Shown: one piece after another, positions 43,955 to 59,339 of the stretch
Layout of the letters: each line of letters begins with the position of its first letter
How positions within the stretch are numbered: the first letter of the stretch is position 1
Origin: the human T2T-CHM13v2.0 reference genome, Homo sapiens
Assembly: GCF_009914755.1 (NCBI RefSeq)
Contig: NC_060926.1
DNA: 64,000 bases
Reading direction: 5' to 3' (one strand)
Notes under the pieces: generated by a model
Databases searched by the model: none
What the model saw: only the letters and a program-made list of their open reading frames with translations
Told to the model about the DNA's origin: nothing
Translations under genes and position numbers: made by a program

Positions 43955-46900
43955 TAAATTTCAAACTTAAAGAAAAACTTCAAGAACTCTGTAAGAAAAT
44001 CTCAAACGTCCTTCCCCTATGCACAGATGAATGGCGGTGGAGGTAGTGGGGGTCATAGCGGGGGTCAGCCTCTCTTCCTGGGGGGCTGTTTCAGGGGCCC
44101 CAAGGCCACTGCAACCTGCCTGCCTGAGGCTTTCGGCAGCCGCGTCTACCGTGCTGTGCATCAGGAGACCTCCCCACTGTTCCAAGGGCTCTTGGATGGC
44201 CCTTCCCCGGCTGGCTGCGGATGGCGTGTGCTGCCAGGGGCCGCATCTCTTTAGTGTCCTTTAGTGACAACATTCCCAGGTCTTTTTTCTCCCTTTCATG
44301 AGGATGAAGCCTCTGAAGTGTCCCCCGCTGCCGCACGCCCCTCGGCCTGGAGGAGGGATCATCTCCACACCGTGGGCCTCCGGCGAGGGCTCTCAGGCAG
44401 GGCCTGAGGAGGATGTCACTTTGGCAGTGGTGCCACGTCAGAGCCCTCTGTGACGCAGGCCAGGCCCCTTGCCTTGGCACTGACGCAGGCGCCTGTGGGT
44501 CACCTCCCTGGGCCATGGCTGCAAACAAAGCCTGCTTCTCTCTCTCTCTCTCCTTTGACATTCAGTTCTGAGTCTCACTGGCTGGGCTGTGGGCTGGGGC
44601 TGCACTGCAGAGCTGGCTTTGGGAGGCGAGCCGGACGCGGGCAAACAATTGAAGCAGCTCTGTGCAGCCCGAAGGCCTTGGGGACACTGAGAGCCCCTTT
44701 CATCAATTCAGGAAGAACAAATGCACCTCCATATTTGGAATAATTACATTTTTAAAAAGTCAGGCTGGAGTTCACGGCCAAAACCGAACTGGTAAACTGC
44801 CAGTATTTTAAAACAATCGGACACACTCGTAATTAGACCACCCAAAATATGAGTCCAAGTTTTCATATTCAAAACCGAGGATGTCAAGTTAAAGGGAAAC
44901 ACACCCGAGGCCCTCCGCTCTGCAGGAGGCAGGTTCTTGTGCAGAGTCCAGAAACCATGGGAAGAACCACCTTGAGAAGCAAGGCTTCTTGCTGTAGGGG
45001 TGGAGGACACCTTCCAACGAACGTCCTCTTTTAATAGAAAGAGGTATTTCGCCTGGACACACATCACCCACTGCTCGCAAACCAGACATAACTGAGGCCA
45101 AGTCCGGACGTGGCCAGCGAACACGGAGGGCCAGTTTCACCTGCAGAGTTCCAAGGTCCACTCGCCCTCTGATGGTGTGCGTTCTCCAGAAAGTTCCTTC
45201 ATGCAGCAAACCCTTATAAACACCACTGCATACAAGGCACGGGCAACAGAAGCTGACACAGTTGGAAAACATCTGCCACCATCCCGACCACAGGCTGGGG
45301 AGAGGAGAGCAGAGCCAGCTCGGGGTCGATCCTGTCCACCTGGTGGAGTTTTCTCAGCCAAAAGGGGCAGCTCTGCAGGCTGCAGGCCTCGGGAAAACTA
45401 GAGTGGCTACATATGGCTGCAGGGAACACCAGGGCTAGGCACGGGCCGCCTCTCTTTCTTTTTTATTCACAGTGATGTTTCCAAAACAACTGCCCTCTAA
45501 GGTACAGGCTGAAGGAGGGGCAGACCAAGCCGGCCCCAGCTGCAACCCCAATGTAGGCTGGAGCAGCGCAGTGGGACAGGAGGGTTCACAGCTGCCAGAG
45601 CTGGGCAGATGCCCTCAGGGAACAAGCCCCTGGGGACGTCATCCTCCAAGAGGAAGGGCCGGGACGTCAGTGTTAGGCGGCCCTGGGTAAGATTCTTGTC
45701 TTCCTGGGCATCCTGGGAAAACACTGTCTAAACGTTTCAATCAACTGTCATTCACTCCCGTAAATCAATCAGAGAACAAACTCCAGTGAGAGTACCCGGT
45801 TTCTAAATCCTTCAAGAGTATACGGCATGTGAATAGGTGTTTCCTGTCTTCCTCAAACCTCCTACCCCATCACTCAGATAATGACATAATAAAATTAACA
45901 AACCTAAGTTGGCATTAGGAAGACGGATGTGAAAGTGCTTTTGACACCTGGGAGTAAAGATGCCTGGCAGGCGCCCGACACGCCCACAGCCTGTGCCCTT
46001 CCCGTCCCAATGAGGGGATTTGCTGGGTGCCCCATCCATTTCTGATGCGTTCCCTGCTGTCCGCTGATGAGGGCTTGGGGGTGGAGGGGCATGTGGGGTG
46101 GGGGTGGTGAGCCTATTTTGTGGTGTCCAGTGGGTAGCAGGGGCCAGGCTGTGGCCTGTGCTGGGCATCTGGTCTGACGTGGCTGCCACCCTGGAGCAAG
46201 GCCCCAAGGGGCCCATCTCCTCAATCCTGAGCCTGCAGCCCCATGATGGCTCACACACTAGGATGGATTTGGGCCACAGCCGGCTGCCATCTCCCAGGGG
46301 CCTTCCCCGACTCAGCCCCACTGGACCGGACACCACGCAATCAAAGCCTTTGACCACTGCGCCAGGGCTGAGCTGACTCCTCTTCTGGGCTGGAACTGTG
46401 GGGCTTGAGAGAAGGAAATTGGGACCAGGCAGGCAGGAGGGGCTAATGGTATCAGGAGGTCAGGGCTGCGGGAAGAGGCAGCAGTGTTGGTGGTGTAGGG
46501 GTCTCTCCCCACGGCTTTACCTCTGCTCTTGCTGGGATCCTGGTATTTCACTTTCCAACTCCTGTCTACGTGTGCTAGGAAAGTCTATCTCCTCCCCAGT
46601 CCTAACCCCAATTTTTCACCCTCAGGAAAACCACAGAAGACCCTGAGCCTCCGGACAGGTGGACAACCCAGGACCGGTCCTGAAATCCAGGGAAGCAACG
46701 GGGGTGGGGTGGAGTGAGGGGGGCACTTTCACAGGAGAGACAATAAACGGAGAAATGATTCCGTCTGTCGCCAAATCTGCCAAAGGTTTCTCCACGTTCC
46801 CCTCCCATCAACTCATCCTCTTTCTTCCTTGTAACAGCTTTACTGGGATATAATTCACATACCATCCAATTCACGCTTTTAAATGATATCATTTGTTGTT

Positions 46901-47179
46901 TTTAGTATATTTACAGAGCTGTGCAGTCATCACCATATCTAATTTTGGAATATTTTCACCATCCCTAAGAAGAGGCGCTGTTCCCCAGAAATGCTCCCCA
47001 TCTGCCCGCAGCAGCCCAGGCCTGGCTCCCACGAGTCTGTGTCCTGTCTCTGTGAGTCTGTCTGTTGGGGACGTTTTATGTGCATGAAATCATACCACAC
47101 GCGGCCTCTCGTGCCTGGCATCCTGCTTCCAAGGCTTCCCGTGCTGCCGCTTGTCAGTGTCATTCCACTTTATGGCTGA

Positions 47180-48163
47180 ATGACATTCCGGCGTGTGGCC
47201 ACGTTATATGACATTCCGGCGTGCCGGCGTGTGGCCGTGCGTCATTCCACGTTATATGACATTCCAGTGTGCCGGCATGTGGCCGCACGTCATTCCACGT
47301 TATATGACATTCCGGCGTGCCGGCATGTGGCCGCACATCATTCCACGTTATATGACATTCCGGTGTGCCGGCGTGTGGCCGCGTTATATGACATTCCATG
47401 TTATGTGACATTCCGGTGTGCTGGCGTGTGGCTGCGTTATATGACATTCCATGTTATGTGACATTCCGGTGTGCCGGCGTGTGGCCGCGTTATATGACAT
47501 TCCAGTGTGCCGGCGTGTGGCCGCGTTATATGACATTCCGGTGTGCCAGCGTGTGGCCGTGTTATATGACATTCCATGTTATGTGACATTCTGGTGTGCT
47601 GGCGTGTGGCTACGTTATATGACATTCCACGTTATATGACATTCCGGTGTGCCGGCGTGTGGCCGCATTATATGACATTCTGGTGTGCCGGCGTGTGGCC
47701 GCGTTATATGACATTCCACGTTATGTGACATTCCGGTGTGCTGGCGTGCGGCCGTGTTATATGACATTCCACGTTATGTGACATTCCGGTGTGCTGGCGT
47801 GCGGCCGCGTTACATGACATTCCATGTTATGTGACATTCCGGTGTGCTGGCGTGCGGCCGCGTTATATGACATTCCACGTTATGTGACATTCCGGTGTGC
47901 TGGCGTGTGGCCGCGTTATATGACATTCCACGTTATGTGACATTCCGGTGTGCTGGCGTGCGGCCGCGTTATATGACATTCTGGTGTGCCGGCGTGTGGC
48001 CGCGTTATATGACATTCCATGTTATGTGACATTCCGGTGTGCTGGCGTGTGGCTGCGTTATATGACATTCCACGTTATGTGACATTCTGGTGTGCTGGCG
48101 TGTGGCCGCGTTATATGACATTCCATGTTATGTGACATTCCGGTGTGCCGGCGTGTGGCCGCG
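47180..48163. repeat. Composite CpG-rich VNTR (36-bp + 17-bp sub-units, 53-bp higher unit)
   Basis: gttatRtgacattccggtgtgcYggcgtgtggccgc interspersed with gttatatgacattccaY. Confidence 0.97.
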
Positions 48164-48232
48164 CATCACAGGATGGACACCTGGGCTGTTCCCATGTAAT
48201 GTGGCTATCACGACTGATACGGTTATTACGAC

Positions 48233-48646
48233 TGATACGGTTTGGATCTGTGTCCCTGCCCACATCTCCTGCTGAAGCCTAGCCCCCAATACTGGAGGTG
48301 GGACCTGGCAGGAGGCGGCTGGATCATGTGGGTGGATTTGGCATGAACGGCTGAACACCGTCTGTTGGTGCTGTCCTCACTGTAATGAGTGGGTTCTGGT
48401 GAGGTCTGGTCGGTTAGAAGTGTGTGGCCCCTCTCCCCACCCCTTGCTCCTGCTCTTGCCAAGTGATGCGCCCGCTCCCCCTTCGCCTACCACAATTGAA
48501 TGTTTCCTCGAGGACTCCCCAGAAGCAGAGGCCAACACCACGCTTCCTCTACAGCCTGCAGAACCAGAAGCCAATCAGACCTCTTTTCTTATGAATCACG
48601 CAGTCTGAGGTATTTCTCTACAGCAGTGCAGGAATGGCCTGACACA
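48233..48646 (+). mobile_element. MST (MSTA-like) ERVL-MaLR solo LTR
   Basis: TG...CA termini. tgatacggtttggatctgtgtccc... and ...cttcctctacagcctgcagaacc...gcagtgcaggaatggcctgacaca match the recalled MST consensus. Confidence 0.85.
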
Positions 48647-49254
48647 GGGACTCAGGTTGCTGTGAATGCCTGAGTGAGTTTACGTGTAGATGTGTGCTTT
48701 CATCTCTGGCCGCAGAGCTGTGGGGCCATGTGGTGGCTGTGTCCAACCTTTTGAGGAACTGCTGGACTATGTTCATAGCAGCTCATCTCATCTCTTACCT
48801 TAAAGATGCTCTATGTCAAATGCCAGCATTTGATCAACACGTAATCAGCATGTTAGTTTTCCTCTTCACGAGCATCACAGTGCTAGCCTTGCCTACTACC
48901 TCCTCCTGAAAATGGACTTATCTGAGTGACTTTCAAGATGTCTGTAGGTTATGCAGACCTCTGTGGGCTGGCCGGGGCCCAGAACCAGCTCTGACAGTGT
49001 CCCTTCGACTTCCTGCTGGAGTTCTGCACCTGTACAACTGCACCCGGGCCCCCCGGCCCTGTACGCTGCTTACCCTGTACGCTGCTCATGCACTCAGGCA
49101 GGCTGCAAGTGCCGGATGGCCTGGGAGATGGGCACTGTGGGTTGCTAGTTTATTTAAAGGTATGTTTACTAAATGGCCTTAGGAAACCCAAGAAAAAAGT
49201 GTTGCCCAAGTAGACTATTCCATTCGCTGGCACTGATGCACCACAGGCAGGACG

Positions 49255-50073
<819 letters not shown>

Positions 50074-51387
50074 TCAGGAGTCCTGTGTGGCAGGTTTCAA
50101 AGAGCAAGCCCTTCCCCAGAGTGGCTACCACACAATTGTTCCTGGGGGCCACAGGCCCTAGAAAAGTGGGTTTTGGTCTGAACAGCACGGTGGGAGGGGA
50201 GAGAGGGCCACCAGTGTGCTGAGGAAGGCTGCCACGGTTCTGGGAGCCTCCACATATTTCCAAAGACAGCCTGAGTTGTGAGAAAAACAATTGTCCTTAG
50301 GGTTGACATCGTTTTAAGGTCTCTTCGAGCACTGATTGTATGCACAAAGATGGCGTAAACATTTTAAAAAGTCCTTATGCATATTGTCAAAACCCCTTTC
50401 TGAAAAGATCTGGCTAATCCCTGCCAGCGAGTGGAGGATGCCCACTTCACCAACCCTGTATGTTTTGATTAAAAGAATCCATTTTGATAGATGATCTTGC
50501 TTTAATTGGCATCTGTATCTTGATTTACAATGCAACCTAGTGAAGTACATTTTTTCCTTCTGCATGCTTTCATCGAGATATATATAAATTGTTGGTTTAG
50601 GTCGTTTAACATTTTTCCATGGTTTTGTGGGCAAAAGGATCTAACGAACCCTCTGTCCTGCTCTGTGAATATCTGTTCCTCTGGTAACCTGAGTGGGGTA
50701 AACACTAAACTAAACAATGCTGCTCAGGATAAAAATGACCCTGACCCGCTCAAGGGCATCTGACCGGGTGAAATGACAAAGGAAGTAACCACACCAGCTC
50801 TTGGAGGCCCTGGTGGGGGACTCTTTGGAACTCGGCATCCGCCTGAGGCAGCCTGCTGTTCCTGCTGCCAGGCGGGGCTACATGCCTGCTGCAAGGGCTA
50901 CGGGACCTCCAGGGATACCAAGGTGGCCCTGCCGGCAAGTGGCAGCTCCTGTCCTGTCCCTCCCCCAGGACACTGATGCCAGGGCTCGCAGGGCAGCTGG
51001 GTGTGTCATCAGGTTTAGTGGAGTCCAAGCCTCCCAGTGAGAGCCATGCTGCTTAGTGCTTCTCAAGTCCCTTCGCAGGGGCTATTTCTAAATTTAAGAA
51101 ATACTACGTGATATGCAAACACAAAGGACACATCCAGACAGACTAAACCCAGCAAGACCCCAGCAAGGCTGCTCTTCACTACCTTTTCAAAAGTTATTCA
51201 CTAGTGTTCTCTAAACCACCATCCCTTTTCACCCAACCCCACAACTTTCCGGAAAGACATGTTATCTTAAATTTTATCATCAATGCTTGGCTATTAAATT
51301 ACAGTGAATAACTAAAAATCCATTCAGAATCATTCCCTGAAAACGTAAAAAAAGAAAAAGGTAAACCATCCTAAAGAAGGCATTTCA

Positions 51388-51665
51388 GGCTGGGCGCGGT
51401 GGTGGCTGTAATCCTAGCACTTTGGGAGGCCGAGGTGGGTGATCACCTGAGGTCAGACTGGCCAACATGGCAAAACCCCGTCTCTACTAAAAATACAAAA
51501 ATCAGCCGTGTATGGTGGCACATGCCTGTAATCGCAGCTACTCAGGAGGCTGAGGCAGAAGAATTGCTTGAACCTGGGAGGCAAGGTTGCAGTGAGCCCA
51601 GATAATGCCACTGCACTTCAGCCTGGGCGACAAACGAGACTCTGTCTCAAAAAAAAAAATAAAAA
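51388..51665 (+). mobile_element. AluS element with small internal deletions
   Basis: TSD aaagaaggcatttca at 51373-51387 and 51666-51680. Confidence 0.94.
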
Positions 51666-53578
51666 AAAGAAGGCATTTCAGAATTTTTCAATTGTTGACG
51701 TGTGTATTACGTGGGATTGAACTACTTCACGGAGGAAATAAGGAAGTCAGTCACACAAAGCTGCTTTCAGGGGACGCAAAGGCTACGTAGTTGCTGGAAA
51801 GGTCTCTCCTCGGAAAGCAATGGGAACCTGAAATACATTTTCCTTAGCGTTGTTTTCCCCCAAAGCCTCAGTGTGCACACCATTCAGGGGTGGAGGCGGT
51901 GATGAGCTGCACAGTCCCCTGCCCAGGCCTGACCCTCTGCAGAGGAGAAGGACACGCCAACTTCATAGGATTCAGCTTCCTGGTGTGACACACGGTAAGG
52001 AACAAGCGACTCGAGCCAGCGGTGTGAGTGGGGGCTACACAGCGCTCCCAGGCTCCTTCTGGTCCAGGGCTCTGCCTCCCGCCATCCTCCGCATGGGCCC
52101 AGGAATTTCCCAGGCCACCAGCTTCACACGGGGACACAAGCCTACGCCCCATTGGAACAGGGCTTCATTTTCAGAACTGGTGTGAGCAGAGACCCCTGTG
52201 CAGACCGGCCCTGTTCCTTTTCCAGTTGCACTCCCCACGGACCAGCCCCTCACTCTCTCTCAGCCTATCTCGCCCACTCAGAATTTCACTCTGCTGCCTC
52301 CAGGGTGCAAAACCCAGGGCCGCCATACACAGGGACACCCTACCCCTGGTTATCCTTGAAAAGCAGCGCCCTGACCTCTGCATAGCAATGCTATTTGCTG
52401 GCAGGGTGGTTTCCAATTTGGATCCCTGAGATCATTAACAAGAGCTTCTGATGACAGACCATGATGTGGTCTTCAGGATATGCTGTCAGGGACTTTTGAG
52501 CATAAGTCCATCAGGACACAATTCTGTGGTCGGTGACCCAGCTGCAGGGGCTGGCTGTGTGGTGCTGGGCGGGGTGTGGGGCAGAGCCTGGCTCCTGTGG
52601 TCCCAGTGGCCCCCTGCTCTGGGCTCCTCCCCTGGGCATCTTAGCCAGGGTTTTTCCAGCTTCTGCTCTTTCTGCCCTGAGCACTGGCAGAAGCCCTTCC
52701 CTGTGCCCAGTGCAAGGGCAACAGCTGACCCTGGCTCCTGAGCTGACCCTGGCTCCTGGTGCTGGACGGCTGTGTCCCTATGGCTGCCGGCTCCTGCTCC
52801 TCCTGGAGGCACTTGGGGCTGGGCCTGAACTGTGCTCAGTGGCCAGCTCCCCTGGAAGTCCATACTCTAACACACAATCACAATAATTGCAATGACAGTT
52901 CCCGAGTGAGCATGCTGGAATGCACCCAGCCATCCAGGGTCTAAGTTTAGAACACCCTGCTCAGCAATACCCAAACTAATTAGTGAGTGTGCAAATGCAT
53001 CACTTAGACACACCCCACCAGGTATGGGGATTTAAGAAAAAAGAAGGTGAAAGACTGGATTGCTCTCAAGTTCCGGACCCAGTTTTGAAGAGCGGGTCTG
53101 CACACACTGGGATTCTGTTTAGGTGATGAATTCACATGAGATGAACAATTCAGGGTGCCTGAGTCCTTAGAAGTCCATCTGGTGTATTCCATTGCTTTTT
53201 CTGCAAAATTCTTTAAAATCCTTCCATTGAGAAGCAAACCAGGCAAGAGTTAGATCCAACTCACAGTTTGCAATCCCGGCCGCCCAAGGGAACAATGTGG
53301 GTGCTCTGGATTCGCTTGGACCAATCAGCATCTGTTTGAGCTTCTGGGGATGGAGCTGAGGCCAGGCCAGGGCTGAGGACCACAGCCTCGCATGCCAATT
53401 ATAGGACATGAACCACGGCCAGCTGTGCTCAAGCCCTTCCTGGGACTCGCTGTTTTTTGGGGAAATGAGGCCTAAACAGTAGCATGCCATCGCTAACACA
53501 GAAGCCAGGGGCACCCTCCACTCAGCATGTGACAGCGGGACAGTGGGTCTCCACTGCCAGCTCAGGAAGGCTACGTAG

Positions 53579-53766
53579 CCTTAAGACGCTGGTGGCATGC
53601 TCTGTTTCAGGATGCTAGAAAGATCTGTGACAGGGCCACCTCCACGAGGCATACACATCTCCCTCCACCTGTCCTTAAGATGCTGGTGGCATGCTCTGTT
53701 TCAGGATGCTAGAAAGATCTGTGACAGGGCCACCTCCACGAGGCATACACATCTTCCTCCACCTGT
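53579..53766. repeat. 94-bp near-perfect tandem duplication
   Basis: ccttaagaYgctggtggcatgctctg...ccacctgt at 53579 and 53673. ORFs 53597 and 53691 begin with identical peptides. Confidence 0.93.
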
Positions 53767-55299
53767 GCCCTTCCCTCTCCGCCTGCAAGCTCCTACTGAG
53801 ATCTCAGCTCCGACGCCACTGCTCCGGGAAGCCTTCCCTAGGCCCACCTGCGGCACAGCCCTGGTCTCCAGCCTTCTCCTCCACATGCCTGTACTACCAA
53901 GCTCCTCCTGGGTCTTGGGGGGCCCTGTCTCTCGGGTCCTGACAGCAGATTGCATGGTTCTCAAAGTCCTGCTTCTCAGCCACACGGGCATCATAAAGGA
54001 CTTAGCTGGGCTGTCCAGGCAACAATCATGCCCACAGTTTTGCGTCCAACTAAAGCAGCAGCACAGGGCTCTGCACAGACACTTTCCTTCTTACCCGGGA
54101 ATGGGCTCCTGAGCTCCACTCCCCGCCTCAGCTAGTTATGCGGAGACTAATCTCCGAGGATGTACCAGACACTCTGCAAAGATCTGAGTCCACAGTGACC
54201 ACGTGCGGAGTGCCGCACTGGAGCAGCACATGAACAGGGACATAGAAGAGGCACGCCCAGCCTGTGACTGGCGAGGAACTGCCCGGAGCGGTGCGGAAAG
54301 GGGCTGACTGGAGGTATGTGGCGTGTAGGAGGCAGCTCTGGGAGACCCTGGACCATGGCTCACCCCTCTGGTCTCTGACAGTGACCTCACCCACAGAGGC
54401 CTCTGTTTCAAAGCATTTGTGGCTGGAGGGCTGTTCTAGCTTTGATATCCTATACACCTATGCACCACGATTACCAGCGATAAGGTGGGTCTGTCTGTGG
54501 GCCAGGAAAACACAGGCACTGCTGTCCAGGAGACCAACTCAAGCAAGAGTTCGTCAAAAACTGCAGGAAAGGGCAGAACATGGAAACGAAGATGCAGTGT
54601 GATCCAGGGAAGGAGCAACAAGGCAGGGCTGGGGCAGGGATGGAAGCCTGGGATGAGGGGGCAGACGAACCACACCTGATGGGGAAAAGGGCCCTGGGAA
54701 AGAGCCCTGGCTCTGGGGGCTGGCTGCGGTCTGGTCCAGCATTGAGCCGGCTGGCCTGGCTGCTGTACCGGACTAGGGAAGAGAAACGAGGCTTCTAGAG
54801 GAAGGCTGGAGTTCCTGCTCACAAGCTGGGACTTCACTCCAGGCCAGTGCCGCCCTGCCAGGACCTTCTGTGACAATGAGAACATTCAGGGGACAGCCGT
54901 GGGCCGTGCACTGGATGTGGTGCACATGTGACTGAGAAACTGAATTCTAATTCTGACTTATTTATTTAACAGCTCCCCGTGGCTGGTGGCTCCTGACCTG
55001 GCCAGTACTGCTCTAGACAGCGTGGGGGCCTCCAGGCCTTCAAGGAGAGTCCGGTGGATACAGGAGGACAGACCGGAGGGGAGGAACCTGCACAGGAGGC
55101 TTCTTCCCACAAGAAGATGGGGCAATCCCAGCGGGTTCCAAATGAGGGCCCTGCTCATGGCGGGGCTGGGGGAGGGCCCCTGAGACACTGAGGACGGACA
55201 GGGGCTGGCTGGGGGAGTGAGAGAGCATGGGAGGTGGCAGGTTAAGAACAAGGCAATGACTACAACAATGATGCCAACACCTGCAGGGGCACATGAGTG

Positions 55300-55415
55300 C
55301 ACAGCCCACTTAACCCTCATCAGGCTCACGGGGGCGGACCGCTTAGTATCCCCACTTCCTAGATGGGAAAACAAGGCACACAGAGCATAAGCGGCTTCCC
55401 AGGGTCATGGAGCAG
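55300..55415 (-). mobile_element. MIR SINE relic
   Basis: tatccccacttcctagatgggaaaacaaggcacacagagcataagcggcttcccagggtca resembles the MIR core. Confidence 0.6.
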
Positions 55416-56482
55416 GAGAAAGCTGGGACAGAGGCGGCTGTGTGGCTGCACTACGCTGCACACGTGACACTGGCTCCGAGGCTCCCTGCCAGGGGGTTTG
55501 CAGGATGAGCTGCTGGCAACCTGGGGAGGCTGTGCAGGAGAGAAGGGGCTTGCAGGGTTTTGGAGGTGGCGGCATAGGACTGGAGGGGCTTGCTGGGCAC
55601 AGGCGTAAAGCAAGGCCAGAGCAAGCTGGGCAACCATGCATGGGCCCCCTGGTGGCACAGAGCCTGGGCAGGGCACGGTGGGCAGGTCCCCATGCCAACG
55701 AGCAAGCTGCACCTGGGAGGAAAAGAGGGATGAGCGCACACAGGGAAGAAGCAACGCCGAGTTCAGTGCGTTTCTCAGAGAGGTGAGACCCATGCACACT
55801 CGATATCCAGGTTCTATCAAAAAGGCTGTTTTCCAAAAACCTGATACACAAGATTACGCATGCTATTTAATCGTGCAGAATAAACTGATTTAGAGAAGGA
55901 AAGAAGATAAGTGACAAACATCTCTGACGAAGTGAATCCCAGGAATCCTGAAGATCAGGCACATTTTACGTTTTTAAAGACAGGCGAGAAACTCAGGTGT
56001 CCTTCACTACCCACACTCGTGCCAGCTGATCTAGAGCATCCAAGAGACTCAGACGCAACCTCAGATACATTCCTCCAGAGAGATCCGCGTGCCTGCCACT
56101 GTGGCCGCAGCTCAGAGAGGCACTGTGAGGGCTGCCCCCTCCCTCGTTACACCACGGGCTCCTCTGCTCTGGACAGGCAGGGACACGAATTCAAGCTTCT
56201 GGAGAAACAAACAGAAAGGGGCTCAGGCACAAAACAAAGATTGCGCCATTTGGCTTCTGGGCAAAGAAGGAATAAGAAGGAATCCTCTCTGTCTAAACAG
56301 AGACACATGGGCAGCACAAAACAAGAAAACACCAAAATCCACCAGACTAGTCAAGCCAGAGGCCCAAGCCCACCCAAGCCAGCCCCTAGCCCCACGCATC
56401 CTGCAGCGCAGCCTCCTACAAGACGCCAAGCCCCTGAGTTTTCACCAAGTTCACTGCCAGAGTTTCACAGGTGCAGCTCTGA

Positions 56483-56905
<423 letters not shown>

Positions 56906-57224
56906 TGAAGTGACACTTTCACATTGCTGTTGCTATGTAATTTCATAAGGACGTTCCCATTTTCCTCTAAATTGTATTTCTCTAAATGTAACCACTCCCC
57001 CAGACAGTGCACATTTGTAAAAGTTCGCTAACACAAACTGACCACAAGAGTCGGTTCTGGGCTTCCAGCGCTGGCTCAGCTTGGTCCAGACAGAAACCCA
57101 AATCGCAAGAGCCGGTGGCCTCTCCCAAAAGGTGAGAAAGGGGAAGTGACTTCTGTTTCCACTCCATCTACCTGACTCTGGGAGTGAGGCATGGATTTTC
57201 ACTGCAGTCACGGTGGCTACATCA

Positions 57225-57814
<590 letters not shown>

Positions 57815-58069
57815 TCAGCAATATACACCAAGAAAAACAACGATGAAAACACCTGCACTGAATTCTGATATATGAGCGTAAACGTACATGTAACAAATGA
57901 GACAGCAATGAGAGCATGAGATTTCAACACGTGCCACAACATGAAAGCACAATTCACCACTCCAGTTTCCTCCTCCCGATACGAGTTCTTCTTCTGTCAC
58001 CTTGTCCAGCATCATCTCGTTGATTTCTATTCAGTTTGATTATTTACCACAGAACAGTTAGAAGGAAAT

Positions 58070-58143
58070 CTAGGCTAATATAGTTTACAATGCCGTTTTG
58101 CAGTTTCTAGGATAATATAGTTTACAATGCTTTTTTGTAGTTG
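58070..58143. repeat. 37-bp tandem duplication
   Basis: tctaggMtaatatagtttacaatgc...gYagtt occurs twice. Confidence 0.8.
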
Positions 58144-58189
58144 GCAATGTCTTTCCAGACATAACATCAAAGGCAGAAAACAAAAAGGA

Positions 58190-58390
58190 AATAACATTTA
58201 ACTGTACATTTAAAAATAACTATAAGGGTATGATTGGATTGTTTGTTACACAAAGGATAAGCACCGGAGAGGATGGACATCCCACACTTCGCATGACGTG
58301 ATTATTACAAATTGCATGCCTGTATCAAAACATCTCATGTACCCCACAAATATATACATTATGTACCCACAAAAATTAAAAATAAAGAGA
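58190..58390 (+). mobile_element. L1MA-type 3' end
   Basis: ttggattgtttgttacacaaaggataa...gcatgcctgtatcaaaacatctcatgtacccc...tgtacccacaaaaattaaaaataaa. Confidence 0.8.
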
Positions 58391-59339
58391 AAATCATAAA
58401 ACAACTGCCTCTACGAAAGGTGGGCAATGATGACAATACTGGCCATGTATGAGGCAGACGAGGGTCAGCACAGAGAGCTTGCAAATCAAACAACTAACAG
58501 TGAGAAAAGCACGCGGTGAGGACCAGTGACGGCAGAGCTCAGGAAGGGGAAGGCGCTCAGGAAAACACATCATGGTCATCAAAAAAGGTATTCTGAAACC
58601 CAACAAATTGGCAAACACTTTTGAAACATGGTAATACCATCTTGGCCTAGAGGAACGGCGAACACTGTTGGGTGAATCACAAATCAGTTAGTGGCACCCT
58701 TTCTGCAGGACAATTTGGCAATCTATGTCAAAGGCCTTCAAAATCTGTCTAACCTTTGATGCTGGAGCTCCACTCTTGGGATGTAACGTTAAGAAATAAG
58801 GAGATGGCCTGATGCCCATGAAGCCTCCGCTGCAGGGCCGAGCACCCAGCAGGCATGGCAGAGCTATGCGGCTTCCCCGACACCTTGGTGTTAACAGAAC
58901 GGAGGGGCATTGCACACCGGGATGCTCTGGGGGTTGGGAACGATCTAGCTGATTACTTGGACACTTGTTTATGATACATTAAGTTAGAAAAACAGGTTAT
59001 AGATCATGTACCTTTTAAAGAATGGGCTTGGATAAAGCAAACACAAGCCAGGAGTAAAGATTAGAAGGCCACACAGGAAGAGTCAGCAGCAACAGTCTCC
59101 AAGGACTTGAACTACTGTGATATTTAACATCTTTTTGCTTGTAGAATGAACGTGTTTTGCTAAAAAGGACAATAGTTTATCACCACTATATCCCCTACAC
59201 AGTAGCTACTCAAGGAATGTCTGCTGAATGAATGGGCAAACAAAGAGAAGGAATAAAATGTTGTTGTAATCATGCTAGTTAGTGGGGTTTGGCAGATAGA
59301 AATCCCCTTGCCAGAAGCTAACGTTAATAATGAATAGAT

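Larger units (their letters stand above)
46820..48780 (-). mobile_element. L1M (L1MB-like) 3' fragment, interrupted by a VNTR and an MST LTR
   Basis: aacagctttactgggatataattcacatacc..., ttatggctgaat..., gatggacacctgggctgttccc and ttttgaggaactgc follow the recalled L1M 3' end in order. Confidence 0.7.

Noticed and set aside
47180-48163. Repeat-spacer-like alternation (17-bp/36-bp) as a CRISPR or encoded array
   Set aside because: Both sub-units are themselves repeated and share the same gttatatgacattcc core. It is a composite minisatellite.
50290-50700. Old L1ME-like fragments (also ~32840-33065 and ~58400-59000)
   Set aside because: Too diverged to assign a family or boundaries by eye, so not listed as features.
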